Part shown: in pieces, positions 12,585-25,900 of the stretch
How the letters are laid out: each line of letters opens with the position of its first letter
Position numbering within the stretch: the stretch's first letter is position 1
Assembly: GCA_047967505.1 (NCBI GenBank)
Contig: CM106538.1
Direction: 5' to 3' (one strand)
DNA: 64,000 nt
Source: Dipteris shenzhenensis
Taxonomy: Eukaryota
The notes under the pieces: model-generated
Database searches by the model: none
Told to the model about the DNA's origin: nothing
The model's input: only the letters and a program-made list of their open reading frames with translations
Made by a program: the position numbers and the translations under genes

Positions 12585-13908
12585 CCCCATAAATTCACTA
12601 ACAGTCTAGTGTGCTTTGGCAACGTATATCCGGCCACTGTGCATTCTTCTGTTGATGCATGCGGAACCAGAAATGGAGCTGGGCGATGCAGACGGAACGT
12701 TTCCTTCATCACACAGCTCAAGTAGGGGAGACTGCCGGTGTCCGATCCTTCTACCATGTCTCCAGGGCGCCCCTGCACAACGGTGTCCAGTTCGTCTTGA
12801 AGTTTCTTTAGACAACGTGGATTCCTCAGCAGCTCTGCCATCGTCCATTCCAGTGTGTTCGATGATGTGTCTAAGCCAGCGCCCAATAGATCCTGCAAGC
12901 GTAAAATACGTGTCTCCAGCAGACAACCCTCTGATACGATTCTTTTTTGTCAAATCCGTCCAATTCTTTCGATTGAAAGCAGCAACCCGAAAGAGATCTA
13001 TGAGAGTTCAGACATCTTACCAGTATCATTCCTTTTGCGGTGGTTTTGTCGGGTGCTTCCTCACCGCCCGTTATGGTCGACGATTAAAGAACATCAAGGA
13101 AATCGCTAGGGGTGTCCGTTGCGTTCTCGTCTCTTTACTGTTGCCTCTCAGCCAGAACATCCTCCAGAAGCATATCAATCAGGCAGTGAAGTTCATCCAT
13201 AGCGCGCTTGACTTTCACATCTAACCATCCAAGGTAAGGAATGAAGTCTCCTATCACTGGAGTTGCAAACGAGGCAGACACCCTGCGAATGAGATCCTTG
13301 AGGGAAGAACGGCCGTTCACTCTGCGGTCGGAAATTCGATTTGAGAGCACCATCCGACCGACAACATCCGACGTCAAAGCACCGAGACATTCACCCAGGT
13401 TGATGGGTAGCTTCCCTCCCTGAGAATGCTCTTGCATACCTCGCAACATCAGCCGGAGCTCCTCCGTTCTGATGTGCTGAAGCTTCTCCATCGAGGTCCA
13501 TGGGGCCCGAAAATGAGACTGTGGTGCCGCCCATAACCAGCACGTTCGGCGAACTCTAAAGGGGGGCGATCTGCAAAAGCTCTATTATGGGTGAGAAGGA
13601 ATTCTTTGGCTAGAGATGAACTGGAGACGACGACGGCAGGCATGGAACCGAGGCGAAGGAAGAGGAGGGGGCCATAATTGTTAGAGAAGCGGGCGAGGGT
13701 GAGGTGTGAGAAATCGGAGAGGAGGTGGAGGTGGCCGATGATGGGCAAAGCAGGAGGGCCGGGGGGAAGCGTGGACGAGGAGAAGATCATGCACGTGGAG
13801 ATATTTAGCACGGCGGAGGAGGGGGAGCATCCCAAGCTCACATAGCCACAACTCCATCTCTAGAAGGACCTCACAGTGTGCAAAATCTAGAGGAGCCATA
13901 TCATACAT
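12585..13908 (-). pseudogene. A-type (CYP71 clan) cytochrome P450 pseudogene: exon 1 ~13908-13021, intron 13020-12893, exon 2 12892-12585 truncated before PERF and heme motifs
   Basis: Motifs LPPGPPALPIIGHLHLL, YGPLLFLRLG, GDFIPYLGWLD, AGLDTSS (I-helix) and KETFRLH (K-helix). A GT..AG phase-0 intron lies at the conserved KGMIL|DLLGAG position. Lesions: frameshifting deletion near 13490, two in-frame TAA stops (13135-13137, ~13084) and loss of homology after VNLWG. Confidence 0.92.
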
Positions 13909-14860
13909 GGCTGTCGGTTCGAGAGGACCGAGCGTGATCAGCTATGCCCACTCTTTGCAGAAGCTCATGATGTTGAACACTCAGAGGAAAAGTAGCACGT
14001 GCCTTCTTTAATGCCCTGTCCCTCTTAATTGAAACTCCTCCCTCCCCCTTTTATTCCTTAGTTTAATCATGCCCTTTTCCTCTTCCTTTTCACCACTTGG
14101 GGCACATACTCACTCAACTTAACTTTATTCCTATTTGATCTTCTTTTGGCCCGTGAAGGCTAATTAACCTATGTTTGTGCTTGGGTTAAATTATTTTATG
14201 CATAGGTTAATCTTTTAAGCCTATGTCTAAGAGGGGTGCACATAATATGTGAAGTTCAAGAAGAATTTGAACCCATAATTTTGTGTTTCACACACGTGAG
14301 CTCTACCCCTAAGATATAGAATAGTATAACAAGTGTAAAGCTAACTATAATATCATAAATGGTCCCCCCTCCCCCTTCAGCATATCCCTTTCTCTTTCAT
14401 GCCTCCTTCATAAGTGGTCCCTCCCCCCTCCCCAATCTCACGTAGCTCCTCTTTAATGCCCCCTACCCTTCCTTCAACTCGATGTTGGATTGAAAAGCTT
14501 AGTTTGTATCATCTATTCCTCTCGACAAGCTACCTTGGCTATGGCAAAGCTCGAGTGATTAATATTGAAGTCCATCTGCCCAATTGATTATATGGATAGT
14601 GTGAGAGTTAGAGACCCAAAGAGTACCAATGACATTCCATTAGCATATGTCTAGTAATCAGTAAAATAATCAGACTCGCCTTAGCCATATCCACCTTCCC
14701 ATTTCCATTCGCATATGTGTGCATGATTTTCATTGGCTCGTGTGATGTAGCCTTGCAAGGATGGCTTGGACTTTAAACAAAGGTTGTGATTCTTTGTGCC
14801 CACTACAATGGTCCAGCTTTGTGTGCTTCTCACCATGCCTGGCTCTCCCAACTTGCATTT

Positions 14861-14866
<6 letters not shown>

Positions 14867-14906
<40 letters not shown>
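14867..14906. repeat. (CT)20 microsatellite
   Basis: Direct reading of the sequence. Confidence 0.95.
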
Positions 14907-14908
<2 letters not shown>

Positions 14909-15879
14909 ACGAAAATACAATTCATGAAAAACCACAAACCAAATAGGTATAGAGACATTAGGCTAGGCTTTATTTTATTTTTTTTGGGAAGAAAAGTAGA
15001 GTATCTTTATTGCTTTATTGTTTAACGTGTAATACATCAAAAAGATATCTCTTGGAATATCAGTTCTGATTATAACAACACTTACATCATGAAATAACAC
15101 AAAACTATCAACTTCAAAACAGTCTAAGAGGGACTTCTCAAAGATGAAAGGAGAAGCTAGAGGTTTCCTCTTTGGAGTCTCAAGCAGTAGTAGCAGTAGT
15201 ATCTGTAGAGTGACCATGAGTAGCAGTAGTATCTGTATGAGTGACCATGTGCGGCAGCAAGGCCGTGAGAAGGGTCAATAGACATAGAAGACAAGTCTTG
15301 CTCTGAACTAGGAAGAACCACTACAAGACCCTGGATATGATCGGGAAGGGTAGAAGGGAACTGAGCAGAGAAGCCAACACAAGGGAACTGAATGTTGGAT
15401 CTAGGAGAGGCAGCATGTGGCTAATCTGTTGAGTCCACAACCAAGGAGGGGGATTTGCTAGAGAGGCTAACTATAGTAGAATGGAAGGGAGGGACACCAA
15501 TAGCAAAAGTGGTAGGAGCTTTGCTTAAAGAGCCATCAAGATGAAGAGAGGATGATCCTGGAGAAGAGGGTAAGGGAGCACCAGTTGCTGCAGCTTTCCT
15601 TTGTAAGAAGGGGGGTAATTTGGCATGATCATCTGATATGAAGCAAGAACGATTATGTCTGGAGATATCTTCACTTAGTCTCTAGTGTTCAAGGTTGTAT
15701 GCAGTAATAAAGAGGTCAAGTCTTTTCTTTTCTTGTCCCACCATGCAGCAAACATAGCATCAGTATCTTTATGTGATTAAATTGAAAATTATTTCTAGAG
15801 ACCTAGATAAACCAAAGAGCATGGACCATTATTAGAAACCAAGGCTCATGCCTTATTTTGCAAGCATCTCCTAGCAATA

Positions 15880-18800
15880 TGGCTTATGATCTCCGACATA
15901 GTCACTGTCATAGTATCCATGCAACCGTGGATGACTTCCTCTATATTCTATCCCAAACTGTCTTGTACCTCTGATGTATCTCAAGACTCTTGTGGCTGAA
16001 TTCCAGTGAGACTGTTTTGGATTTTCCATAAACTATGCAAGTGAGCTTACTGCATAACAAATATATGGCCATGTGATAGTCAGATATATAAGAGATCCAA
16101 TGAGCTACCTATAGTACCTGTCATTGACTGTAGGCTTTTATGAATCTTTAGTAAGTTTCAAACTCTGTTCCATGGGAGTGGCTGCAATCTTGCAATTTGC
16201 CATATGAAACTTCTTCAGGAGACTGTCAGCATACTTGAGCTGACTCATTTATGTGCTATCTAAATCTCTCCAGAACTCAATTCCAAGACAATAGTGCATA
16301 AGTCCAAGATCTTTCATGTAAAACTCTATAGATTAGTCTTGTTTTAGTTTTTTGATGAAGCTATCCTTGCTTCCGATCACAATCAAATCATCTACGTACA
16401 AAAGTGCAATAGTAATGTCTTCCCCTTGAACTTTGTAGTAGAGAGTATGATCTACATTGGATTTCATGTATCCCAGATCAACAAAATATTTGTCGATTTT
16501 GTTGTACCAACTTCTGGGTGCTTGCTTTAAGCCGTAGAGACTTTTCTTAAGATGGCAAACCTTATTCTCCTGTCTTGGTCCAACATAACCTGCTGGTTGT
16601 TGCATGTAGACTTCCTCATCTAGATAACCATTGAGAAATGCATTCTTTACATCGAGCTCGTACACATTCCATCTGCTAAGTGTCACTAGTGATATCAAGA
16701 ATCGTATAGAATCCATCTTTGCTACTCGAGCATAAGTCTCATCATAATCCTAACCATATTGCTGTGCAAATCCTTTTCCAACTAGTTTGGCTTTGTATCT
16801 CTGAATATTGCCATCTGGATTGTACTTCACTTTGTATACCCATTTGTTTGCTATGGCCTTCTTTCCTAGTGGAAGGTCACATAATTCCCAAGTATTATTC
16901 TTATACAAAGCATCCATTTTTTCATTCATAGTAGTTTTCCATTATGGCTTGTCTACTACGTCTTCAAAGTACACTGGCTCTTTTGTGCCATGATGGTAGT
17001 CATAAGAGCATAGTTGGTCGTTTCAACCTAAATTGCTTTGCCTTTCTAAGCATATGTCAATTTGGCTGGTGGTCTACTTTCCCTAGTACACCGTCTGAGC
17101 TGTTGTGGCTCTACTTGGGGTGTTGCTAGCAAATCTTGCTCTTCTTCATCAACCTATTCTATAGATGACTACGAAGTCGATGCTTTTATCTCCTATGTAT
17201 TTGAGGTTTTCCATTTTGATTCCTCATCAAAGATTACATCTCTAGAGATAATGACCTTGCGGTTAATGGGATCATACAACTTGTATGCTTTGCTTTCTTC
17301 ACTGTAGCCAACCATGATTCATTTGCATGACTTCGCATCCAATTTCCTACGATGATCATCATGTATGTGGGCATATGCTATGCAACCAAATATGCAGAGA
17401 TGCCCAATATGTGGCTTTTGTATCGCTTCTATAGGAAGCCGATTAAGCAAATAGTTTACAGTGGCTATTGCTTCTGCCCAATACTGATTCGAAAGATGCT
17501 TCTCATTAAGCATTGCTCTAGCACTGTCTGCTAAAGTCACATTTTTCCTTTCAGCTCTTGCATTTTCCTGAGGAGTATCTGCACATGTGAATTGTCTTCG
17601 AATGCCGTGATTTTTGCAAAAGTTCATAAATGCTGAGGACATGTATTCACCTCCTTTATCTGATCTCATGACTTTGATCTTTCTACCTTTCTAGTTTTCT
17701 ACCATGGCTTTGAATTCTTGAAATCTAACAAAGACTTCAGATTCCTCTTTCAGAAAGTAGACCTAACAATATCTGCTGTAGTCGTCAATGAAAGTCAAGT
17801 AGTAAAGTGAACCATTGATGCTGTAGGTCTGGGCATAACCCCATATATCTGTACGAATCAAATCAAGAATACCTCATGCACGAGAGGTACTTCTACAGAA
17901 ATTGGTTCACTTTTGTTTGCCGAAGCAGCATGCTTCACAAACTTTTCCAAGAAATTATAGTTTAGGAATCCCGATTTCCATATTCTGATTCCTGAGATCT
18001 AACAAGTACTTGAAATTGACATGACCATATCTCCTGTGCCATTTTGCAGATAGTAGCATCTGTTGCAGTTGAGCTGACATGGCATGCTTATCTGGTACTA
18101 TAGCTAGCATTTTGTATAAGCATCCTTCCTTGACACATTTTGCTACTAGCTAACATCTTTTGGATTTGTCTCTGATAGTATATTCATCTCCATCGAAGAT
18201 GACTTGATAGTTGTGTTCCTTCATTTGACCTACTGACAAGAGGTTCTTGCTGAGCATTGGAACATAGAGCACATCTTTCACTTATCCTTTCGTACCAGTG
18301 AAATTGTTCATAGGGATAACACCTATCCCTTGAACTGGATTCCGTGTATTATCTGCTGTGTAGAGGACATTTTTCTGACCTTCTAATGGTTTCATCTCTG
18401 TGAACCATTCTTGATGATTTGTCATGTGATATGATGCACCACTATCGATATACCAAGGATCTTGTTCTACTTTGTCGACTTGATAGTTAAAATCCTCTTT
18501 TGGATTGTAGTCAGTGTTTAGGTACACTGTATTAGTTTGATGCATTTCCTCGCTTGCAAGAAACATATTCCCATGTTCATTTGCAAAATGACTATGACTA
18601 GAATGTCCACCATGATGATTTCCTTTGCCTCAGAAATTCCCTCGATTACTGCTGGATTGACCGCCTTGGTCATACTGCTTCTTGCGCTGGCAATCTCTTT
18701 CATAGTGTCCAAACTTGTGACAGTAGTTGCACTAGATGTTTGACACATTGGTGGATGCATTCCCTCGTCCTTGAAATCTTCCTCGATTGGAATGATTTCC

Positions 18801-21800
18801 TCTTTGCTGATTTTGATGTTGCTGAGGATGATGCTAATGTTGATTTTGTTAATGATGTCCACTTCTCTAGAATGATCTGCATCTGCCTCTACCTCTGCCT
18901 CTACCTCTACTTCTACCTAAAGCTGTGAATGTATGATCATTAGAATGACCTTTTTGTGCTTGAATGGCCTGCGTCCTAAGTTCTTCACCAAGTAGGATTG
19001 CTGACTGAAGTTCTTCCAGTGTCAGAATTTGTCGTTGGATGGCAATACTGTGAACTAGATTCTCATATCCCTCTCCTAGTCCATTCAAGAATACTTGAGC
19101 CATTTCTACGAGGTTCATAGTCTCTCCTACTACTGAAAGTTGATTGTCGTAGTCTTTTATCCAGAGTACATAAGCATGACCAGTTTCATTGTGCTATTGC
19201 GGAAACTCTAGTTGATTTGGTTTCTCAATGTGAGAATCCTGGATGTGTTCTTTGACTCGTAGAGAGCTACGAGCATATCCCATGCTTATTTCGATGTCTT
19301 GACTGTGCTAAGCTATCCTAGCATGAAATCTTGCACATTCTGCTTGATCAGATGATAGGCATACTTGTCTTTCTTATTCCATTCTACCTGAGCTCGGGCA
19401 ATGCCAAGATCTGCTACAGGTGCGGATTGCGTAGCTGTAGATGCTGTTGTAGATCCCACTGCTGGTGTTGTAACAACAGGTGGAGTAGAGCTACTGTTGG
19501 CTAGATCATCCAATGGTCTAGGTGTAGATCCATCGACATACTCCCATTTGTCTTGAAGTACAAGAATGGTCTCCATTCAATATTTCCATGTATAGTAATT
19601 GGAGTTGTCTAGCTTAGCAGATGTCTCTAGATTGAGGTTGGTAGTCGTAGACATGGTGCAAGAAATGTACTCAAAGTGTCATGAAAATCTCTATATAAAT
19701 CAACTACAAAACACTGACTGCAGCAAGTGAAATCTTTGAGCTGTTAGTGAAGAACTACAATATATAAAATCTGATCTGTATTATAAGGCTTGTGGCAATG
19801 ATGTTGGGAATAGCCAAGAGGCTTTACAAGGCTAAAATGATGTGCACAATGTCATGAAATAGCCATGTAGGCTTTACAATGGTGGCATGTGTGTGTGAAA
19901 TCAAATGCTATAAGCCCACTGAATGATCGGCAATGCCTCTAAACAACTCTATAGTTGGCTCATTGAACTGATGAATGTCAGGTTTCAGGTAATGTAATGA
20001 TGTGAAACCGTATGTGAGCATATGGACTGACTTCGAGTAGGTACTAGTCGAGAATTTTGGGCATGGCTTAGATTGGCAACTTGGGGAAATTCAAAGCGTC
20101 TCCTCTATGGTGATCTAGTCGACTCTGATCTAGATCTATACCAACCGTCGAGCGATGAAAGAACATCAAATAATTCCTTTTCTTTTGTTCTTTTTAAATG
20201 CTGGGTCAAATGCGTCGATGTAGAGGCGAATGTGTGTGTAGGAAGTGGATTTGTTGGCGAGGCTCAAAATTGAGTGTAACTTGTGCTGAAATGTGCATGT
20301 GATGTGACGAGCACGTAGAGCATAAAAAATTGAGCGACATTCCTTTTGGAGCACCCTCAAATTCTTCCTGGATCAAGAGATACGACTTGATCTAGGTGTA
20401 GGGGCAAAAGGAGTGCAAATGGTACTCAATGATGATGTGTTATTGTGGGTCACATGCAATGATGATGTGTCACTGTGGGTCACATGTAGTGATGATGTGG
20501 CACTGCCTAGCAAGAAGTGTGCTTGTGGAGCCCTGTGTTGAGGTGGCAAGAGTGGTCACATGCAGTGACTATGAAGCACTGTGTGTGCCTAGCAGGGGTC
20601 AGTGCCACATGGCAGTGATGATGTGGTAGCTGACTGGGATGCTGATGTGGTTGTGTTGACTGGTCAACTGTTGACTAATGAGGTGGAAATTAGTTGTGGA
20701 TTGGTCAAAGTGATGATGTGGCTGTTGATGACATGGCAGATGATGTGGTAGTTGAGGTGGCCTGATGATGTGGATTGCCATTGTGTTAGATGATGTGGCA
20801 ATGTTGACTTTGACTGATAATGTGGTAGATAAGGCTGATGATGTGGCAACCTCATGGGGCTACTAACATGGCAGTTGCTGAGGTGGAAGATAGAGTGCCA
20901 AGTGGCAGTTCTTTTGCCACCCCTTTTGTGTGGTGACCTTGAGATAAGGTCAATGCCACATGTCCAGTTTTGGGGCACCGAAATCTTTTGAGATTTTGAC
21001 GGAGTCTAAAAAGATTTTATCTGCCAGTGAGGAGATCTGGTCATGGATGGCTATGTTGCTTAGATGGAGCTGTGTTGTGATCGGTCGTTGAGAGAGGCTA
21101 TGGAAGTCTGTGGCACTGGCATTGTTTGCAGTCTTATGCTTAAGGAGGGTCGAGTGTCATTCGTGTATGATCTCCTTGGAGATGGAGCCTTTGTGCATGG
21201 ATTAGCCTTGGTCATCGTCCGCGTTGGAGAAGCAGAAGGTTGTTAAAGGTGGAGCTTGGGAAGCTTGGGCTTCGCTGATGTGAGGCTGGCCTTGGAGGAT
21301 GGTCGAGTCCTAGCGCTGCATGGGCGGCTAAGGTTGTTAGAGCAGCTGAGGCATTTTTGGAGCTATGAGGCATTTTGAAGGCAGGAGCGTTGGCCTTGGC
21401 CCGTGATCATATGGTGAAGAGCAAATGTAGAGCTACTTGTGCTGTTGCACTGCTAGGGAGCCATGTTGAAGAGTTCGCCTGGCATTGTAGAAGGTTGGAG
21501 TTGAGCTGCTGCTAGTCGCATGCGCAGTTAAAGACATTAAAGTTTGCTGAGAGCTATGAGCTCTATGTTGGCCACCCTGGAGCTTTGGGAGTTGGAGCCT
21601 TAGGAATCGGGTCGTTGTAGTTGGATATGCGGGAGGAGTCGTGGATGTGGCTGAAGGTAGCTTGGCTTTGCTTGGTGATTCATTGCTGGAGCAGCCTATG
21701 AAGGCGGTGGCTATAGATCTGCAGGCTTTGTGGAGAGGTCGAGCAGCCTACCCGTGAGTGTTGTAGCTTGCATTCACTTGCTGTGATGCTGGGACATTGC

Positions 21801-22465
21801 CGCTATAGGCTAGTTGCTTGCATGCATGCTAGCCTCGCCTTTGGTCGCTTAGTTGTAGGCATGGAGGAGCCAAAAGCTTCTGTTGATGAAGCCTTTCTTT
21901 GATAGCTTTAGAAGTCAGAGGCTCCTTCGCTCTCTATCTCAGACAAGGATAAGAACCTCTCTCTTTCAAAAGGAGTAGAGATCACTCCTTAGACTTTCCT
22001 GATCTCTCTCTCACACAAGCAGAAACACTCAAATGTACTCTCTCTCAAATTATGAAAATCTCTCAAGAACAATGATGGAAATTTCTTTCAATGGACAGAA
22101 TTTTCTCTCAACAAAAGAGAATGGAACACTCAATCTCTCTCGATCTCCTGGTCTCTCTCGCATGAAGGATGGCACCTCCGTGGAAGGTAGAACCATGCTC
22201 TGATACCATGACAAAATATGAAGAGGGGAGAGGAGAAGAGTGGAGATGAGGAGAGAGGGCACAACTAGAGAGCACACCACAAATGACTAACTGTACACTA
22301 GATTTAGTTGAAAATGTAGAATATATACAAACCCATTTAGGGTTAGGGTTAGGGAATCTAACCCATTGCTTTATAGCACTCTATTGGGCTAGTGCTATGC
22401 ACATATGATCACATGATGGTGCTATACACATGTGATCACATGATGTTGAGCGTGAACTCTCAACG
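15880..22465 (-). mobile_element. Ty1/copia retrotransposon B, 3'-truncated: 5' LTR ~22209-22465, PBS 22197-22208, ~2.5-kb leader, degenerate gag-pol from 19654 to ~15880
   Basis: tRNA-iMet PBS TGGTATCAGAGC abuts the LTR end. Gag (KLDNSNYYTWK, QDKWEYVDG), protease (WYIDSGASYHMT), integrase (RSDKGGEY, TPQENARAERKN), RT (LDVKNAFLNG, LYGLKQAPRSWY, LLYVDDL). The sequence stops just after the RNase H start GYYDSDYVGD. Confidence 0.9.
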
Positions 22466-22900
22466 GAACTCCCTTCTGATTTCAAGCCAAGATTTTCACG
22501 TGAAAAGCTCTTTATTCCAAAGCTGGCCCCAAGATTGAAGACCTTTCTTGAATAAGATAGCTGCTACTGTAAACTGATCATCTGCTATTGTAAGATAGCT
22601 GTATGGACATCCATACAGACCTCTGCAAGCGAATGCGCGACACTGCTAGGAGTCTGTACAACTTGTCAGAAGGCGATTCCGAGTAGTTTTAGGCTACTTT
22701 TGGCATTTTTTGCTCAGATTTGGACTCCCGTGACCTCCAACAGTAATTTGGGTAGCTCCCTTCAACACTTTCACTCATTTTTTTGAGCCTCTTCTGTGCA
22801 TTCGATGACTCTCTGATCAGCACATTGAGAGTCATGATGTGATCTCCCTTGGTAGCTGCTCTCTGGACCTTCATTCACACATCATTTGAGGGCATCCTCG

Positions 22901-25900
22901 TGTGGGGATTAAAGGTCACTGTGCCTTTACCCCAGTTATATACAATACCCAAACACATATATAAATGAATGAAAAAGAAGATTAGGGTGGTTCTGCACCC
23001 ACCAAAACTTGTGTGGCTCTCTGTCTCTCTCTCTCCTTCTTCCATTCTGGGTTCCGTTGAGAGCACTCTCAACTGGTATCAGAGCCCGGGTGATCTAGCT
23101 GAGCGTGTGTGAATGCTTGAAGCTCAGCAGCTCTATGAGAGGAAGGAGAAGCTCTGTGGGAAGCTTTGTGGGTGACTTTACTTGCGTCCGAGCGTGTAGA
23201 GAACTTGGAGGAACCTTTGGAAAAGTCACTTTGGCTTTGCGAAGTGGTTTTGAGAGCCTGTTAAGAGTTTTCAAAGAAAAAGTCGTTTTTTGAGCTTTTC
23301 CTTGTTCTGTTCGATGACAGAGACTCCGTATTGACTTGTAGAGGCAACTATTGATTGCTTTTGGTGTCCACTTCACTTCAGGAGCTTGGAAACACCTTTA
23401 TTCTTGAATCTGGGATCATTTCATTGGATTTCTGACTCATTGTGTCAGTTTCTGCGTTTTTTGCCCGGGTGTTGGAACTCAAGTTTGGAGCAACCATTTG
23501 TAGATCTGTCAGTTCCAGTGGACTCAGAGGTCCTAAAACTTCTATGTTGCTCATCATTCGCACTCCGGTGGAGTTTACAAACAGCTCTGTTTCCAAAAAC
23601 GTTTCTCAGTCCGTGTGTTGGACCCAGTGATTGAGACCACGGTTTCCAAAACCGTATATCCCATTGCGTTCCGGACGCCCAAAAACCCCAACCTGTCAGT
23701 TCTTGGGCAATTCGGTGGACGATTTTCAGAGTTATAGATCTCTGTGTATTCGATTTCATCTCTCTATTATGCATTTTTCATTCTAAGGTTTTGAAACCTT
23801 AGATTTATGCCACATGGCAGTGGATAAGTGTTGACTCCCATTTCTCACTCATCGGTTGGGATTTTGGAGTTCTGGCAGAAGAGAGATATTTGCAGATTTT
23901 CTTACTGAGTCCGATTATGCAATGACGCCCATGTTTTGAGGCATCTCAGGTTCTATTTTCAGTAGCGGTCATTACCGTGGGACCATGATTTCTTGAGCAT
24001 ACCTTATGCAGATCACTCTGGTTGCAGTTTGAGCAGTGTAGTTTGAGCAGTGTGCGCTCATTCGTGGTGTGCATTGGGTTGCAGTGGATGATTTATAGGA
24101 CATTTGGATGCATTACGGTCCTTATTGGATGCGCTGATAGGCCCAAATTGCCTTGTGGGATGCTATTTTTTATGGACGCTTTGCACATGGATGCTATTTT
24201 ATGCTAAGGGACAGCTTTGACACATTGCAGGTGATGCACTGATAGTGTTATGCTCTCTTGGATGAGATATTATTGATGCATATGCCAGTGGACGGTGTTT
24301 ACGCTTGAGTCATTTGGCACTTATTGGCATTTTCTTTTGGGCCAGATTTGCTCATATGGATGCATAGTATATGCACATGAGTCAGATGCATCTTTTGATG
24401 CTTTGATCTTTGAGTTTTGGTGATATTTCACTCTATTGTGGCATACACATTTGGGTGCACCTAGTATTTGGTGTGATTCTCTCTTGCAGGCACTAGCATT
24501 TGGAATTTTGTTTCATTTGCATCATGGCATCCTCTTCCATGTCTGAAAAGGATTTTTTCAGCATTAAAAAGTTTGATGGGATAAACTTTTCTTTGTGGAA
24601 AGAACAAATAAGGGATGTGGTTATTCAAAAGAAGTAGATTAAACCCTTGGCAGGGAGTGAAGCTAAGCCTGCAAATATGTCTGAGGATGATTGGAATGAG
24701 TTGGATGCATTAGCAAAGTCTACTATTAGACTTCATCTTGCAGAGTCAGTTTATTTCATAGTAGTAAATGAGCAGACTACGGAAGATTTGTGGAAGAAAC
24801 TGTGTGCTACTTATGAGAAGGAAACTGCCTCTAATAAAGTTTACCTTATGAAGACGTTGTTTAAGCTATAGATGAAGGAAGGGGTCTCCATTGCTTCTCA
24901 CTTGAATGAATTCAATATTATTTTCAGCCAGCTTCAGGCTCAGAAGATGAATTTTGATGCGGAGACTAAGGCAATATTTCTCTTATGTTCATTGCCATCC
25001 TCATGGGATACCTTCCGTACAGCTGTCAGTAACTCTGCACGTGGTGGAGTACTGAAATTTGATGATGTTGTGGGTAGCTTGTTGGCCGAGGAGATTAGAT
25101 GGAAGTCTATGGATGGCAACAAGCAAGATGCAGCCTTAAATGTGCAAAGGGGCAGATCACAGTTCAGGGGGAAGTCCCAAGAAAGAGGGAAGTCTCATAG
25201 CAAATCCAGGGCATGGAACATTGAGTGTTACCATTGTGGCAAGAAGGGCCATATGAAAAAGGATTAGTACAAGCTGAAAAGAGAGCAAAAGGATAAGAAA
25301 AAGAATGCAAATTGGGGTGCAAATCAAAAGGAAGAGAGTCCAAGGAAGGACAAAGGAGGAAAAGTGAAGATCGAGGAGATCAATGCAGTCACACATGATA
25401 GTGACAATGACATTCTCTTCATGTCTAGTTTATCTGCAGAGTTGCTTACCACTTCAGATGATGCATATTCCCAGGATTGGATTTTGGATTTTGGTGCTTC
25501 ATTCCATGTTACTCCCCATAGGGAATGGTTCTCCACTTATGACAGTGGAAAGACAGGTTGTGTGCATCTTGGAAATGACTATGCATGTGACATAGTGGGA
25601 GCAGGTGACATAAAGTTTTCTTTTGCCAATGGGTCTGCATTTATTTTGAAAAATGTGAGACATGTGCCTAAGTTGACCAAGAGTCTTATTTCAGTGGGTC
25701 AACTAGATGATGCTGGTTTTCACACCACTTTTGGCTTTCAGAGTTGGAAAATTCAGAAGGGCTCTATGCTTTTGGCCAGGGGTGCCAAGTGTGGGACTTT
25801 GTATCCCTTACATGTATCAGGGGTATTTGATCATGTTGTTGCAATAACCGAGCAGCCAAGCACTTCTTTGTGGCATTGCAGGTTGGGGCACATGAGCCAG

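Noticed and set aside
12616-13224. 202-aa plus-strand ORF as a gene
   Set aside because: It is the antisense shadow of the GC-rich P450 exons and has no recognisable motif.
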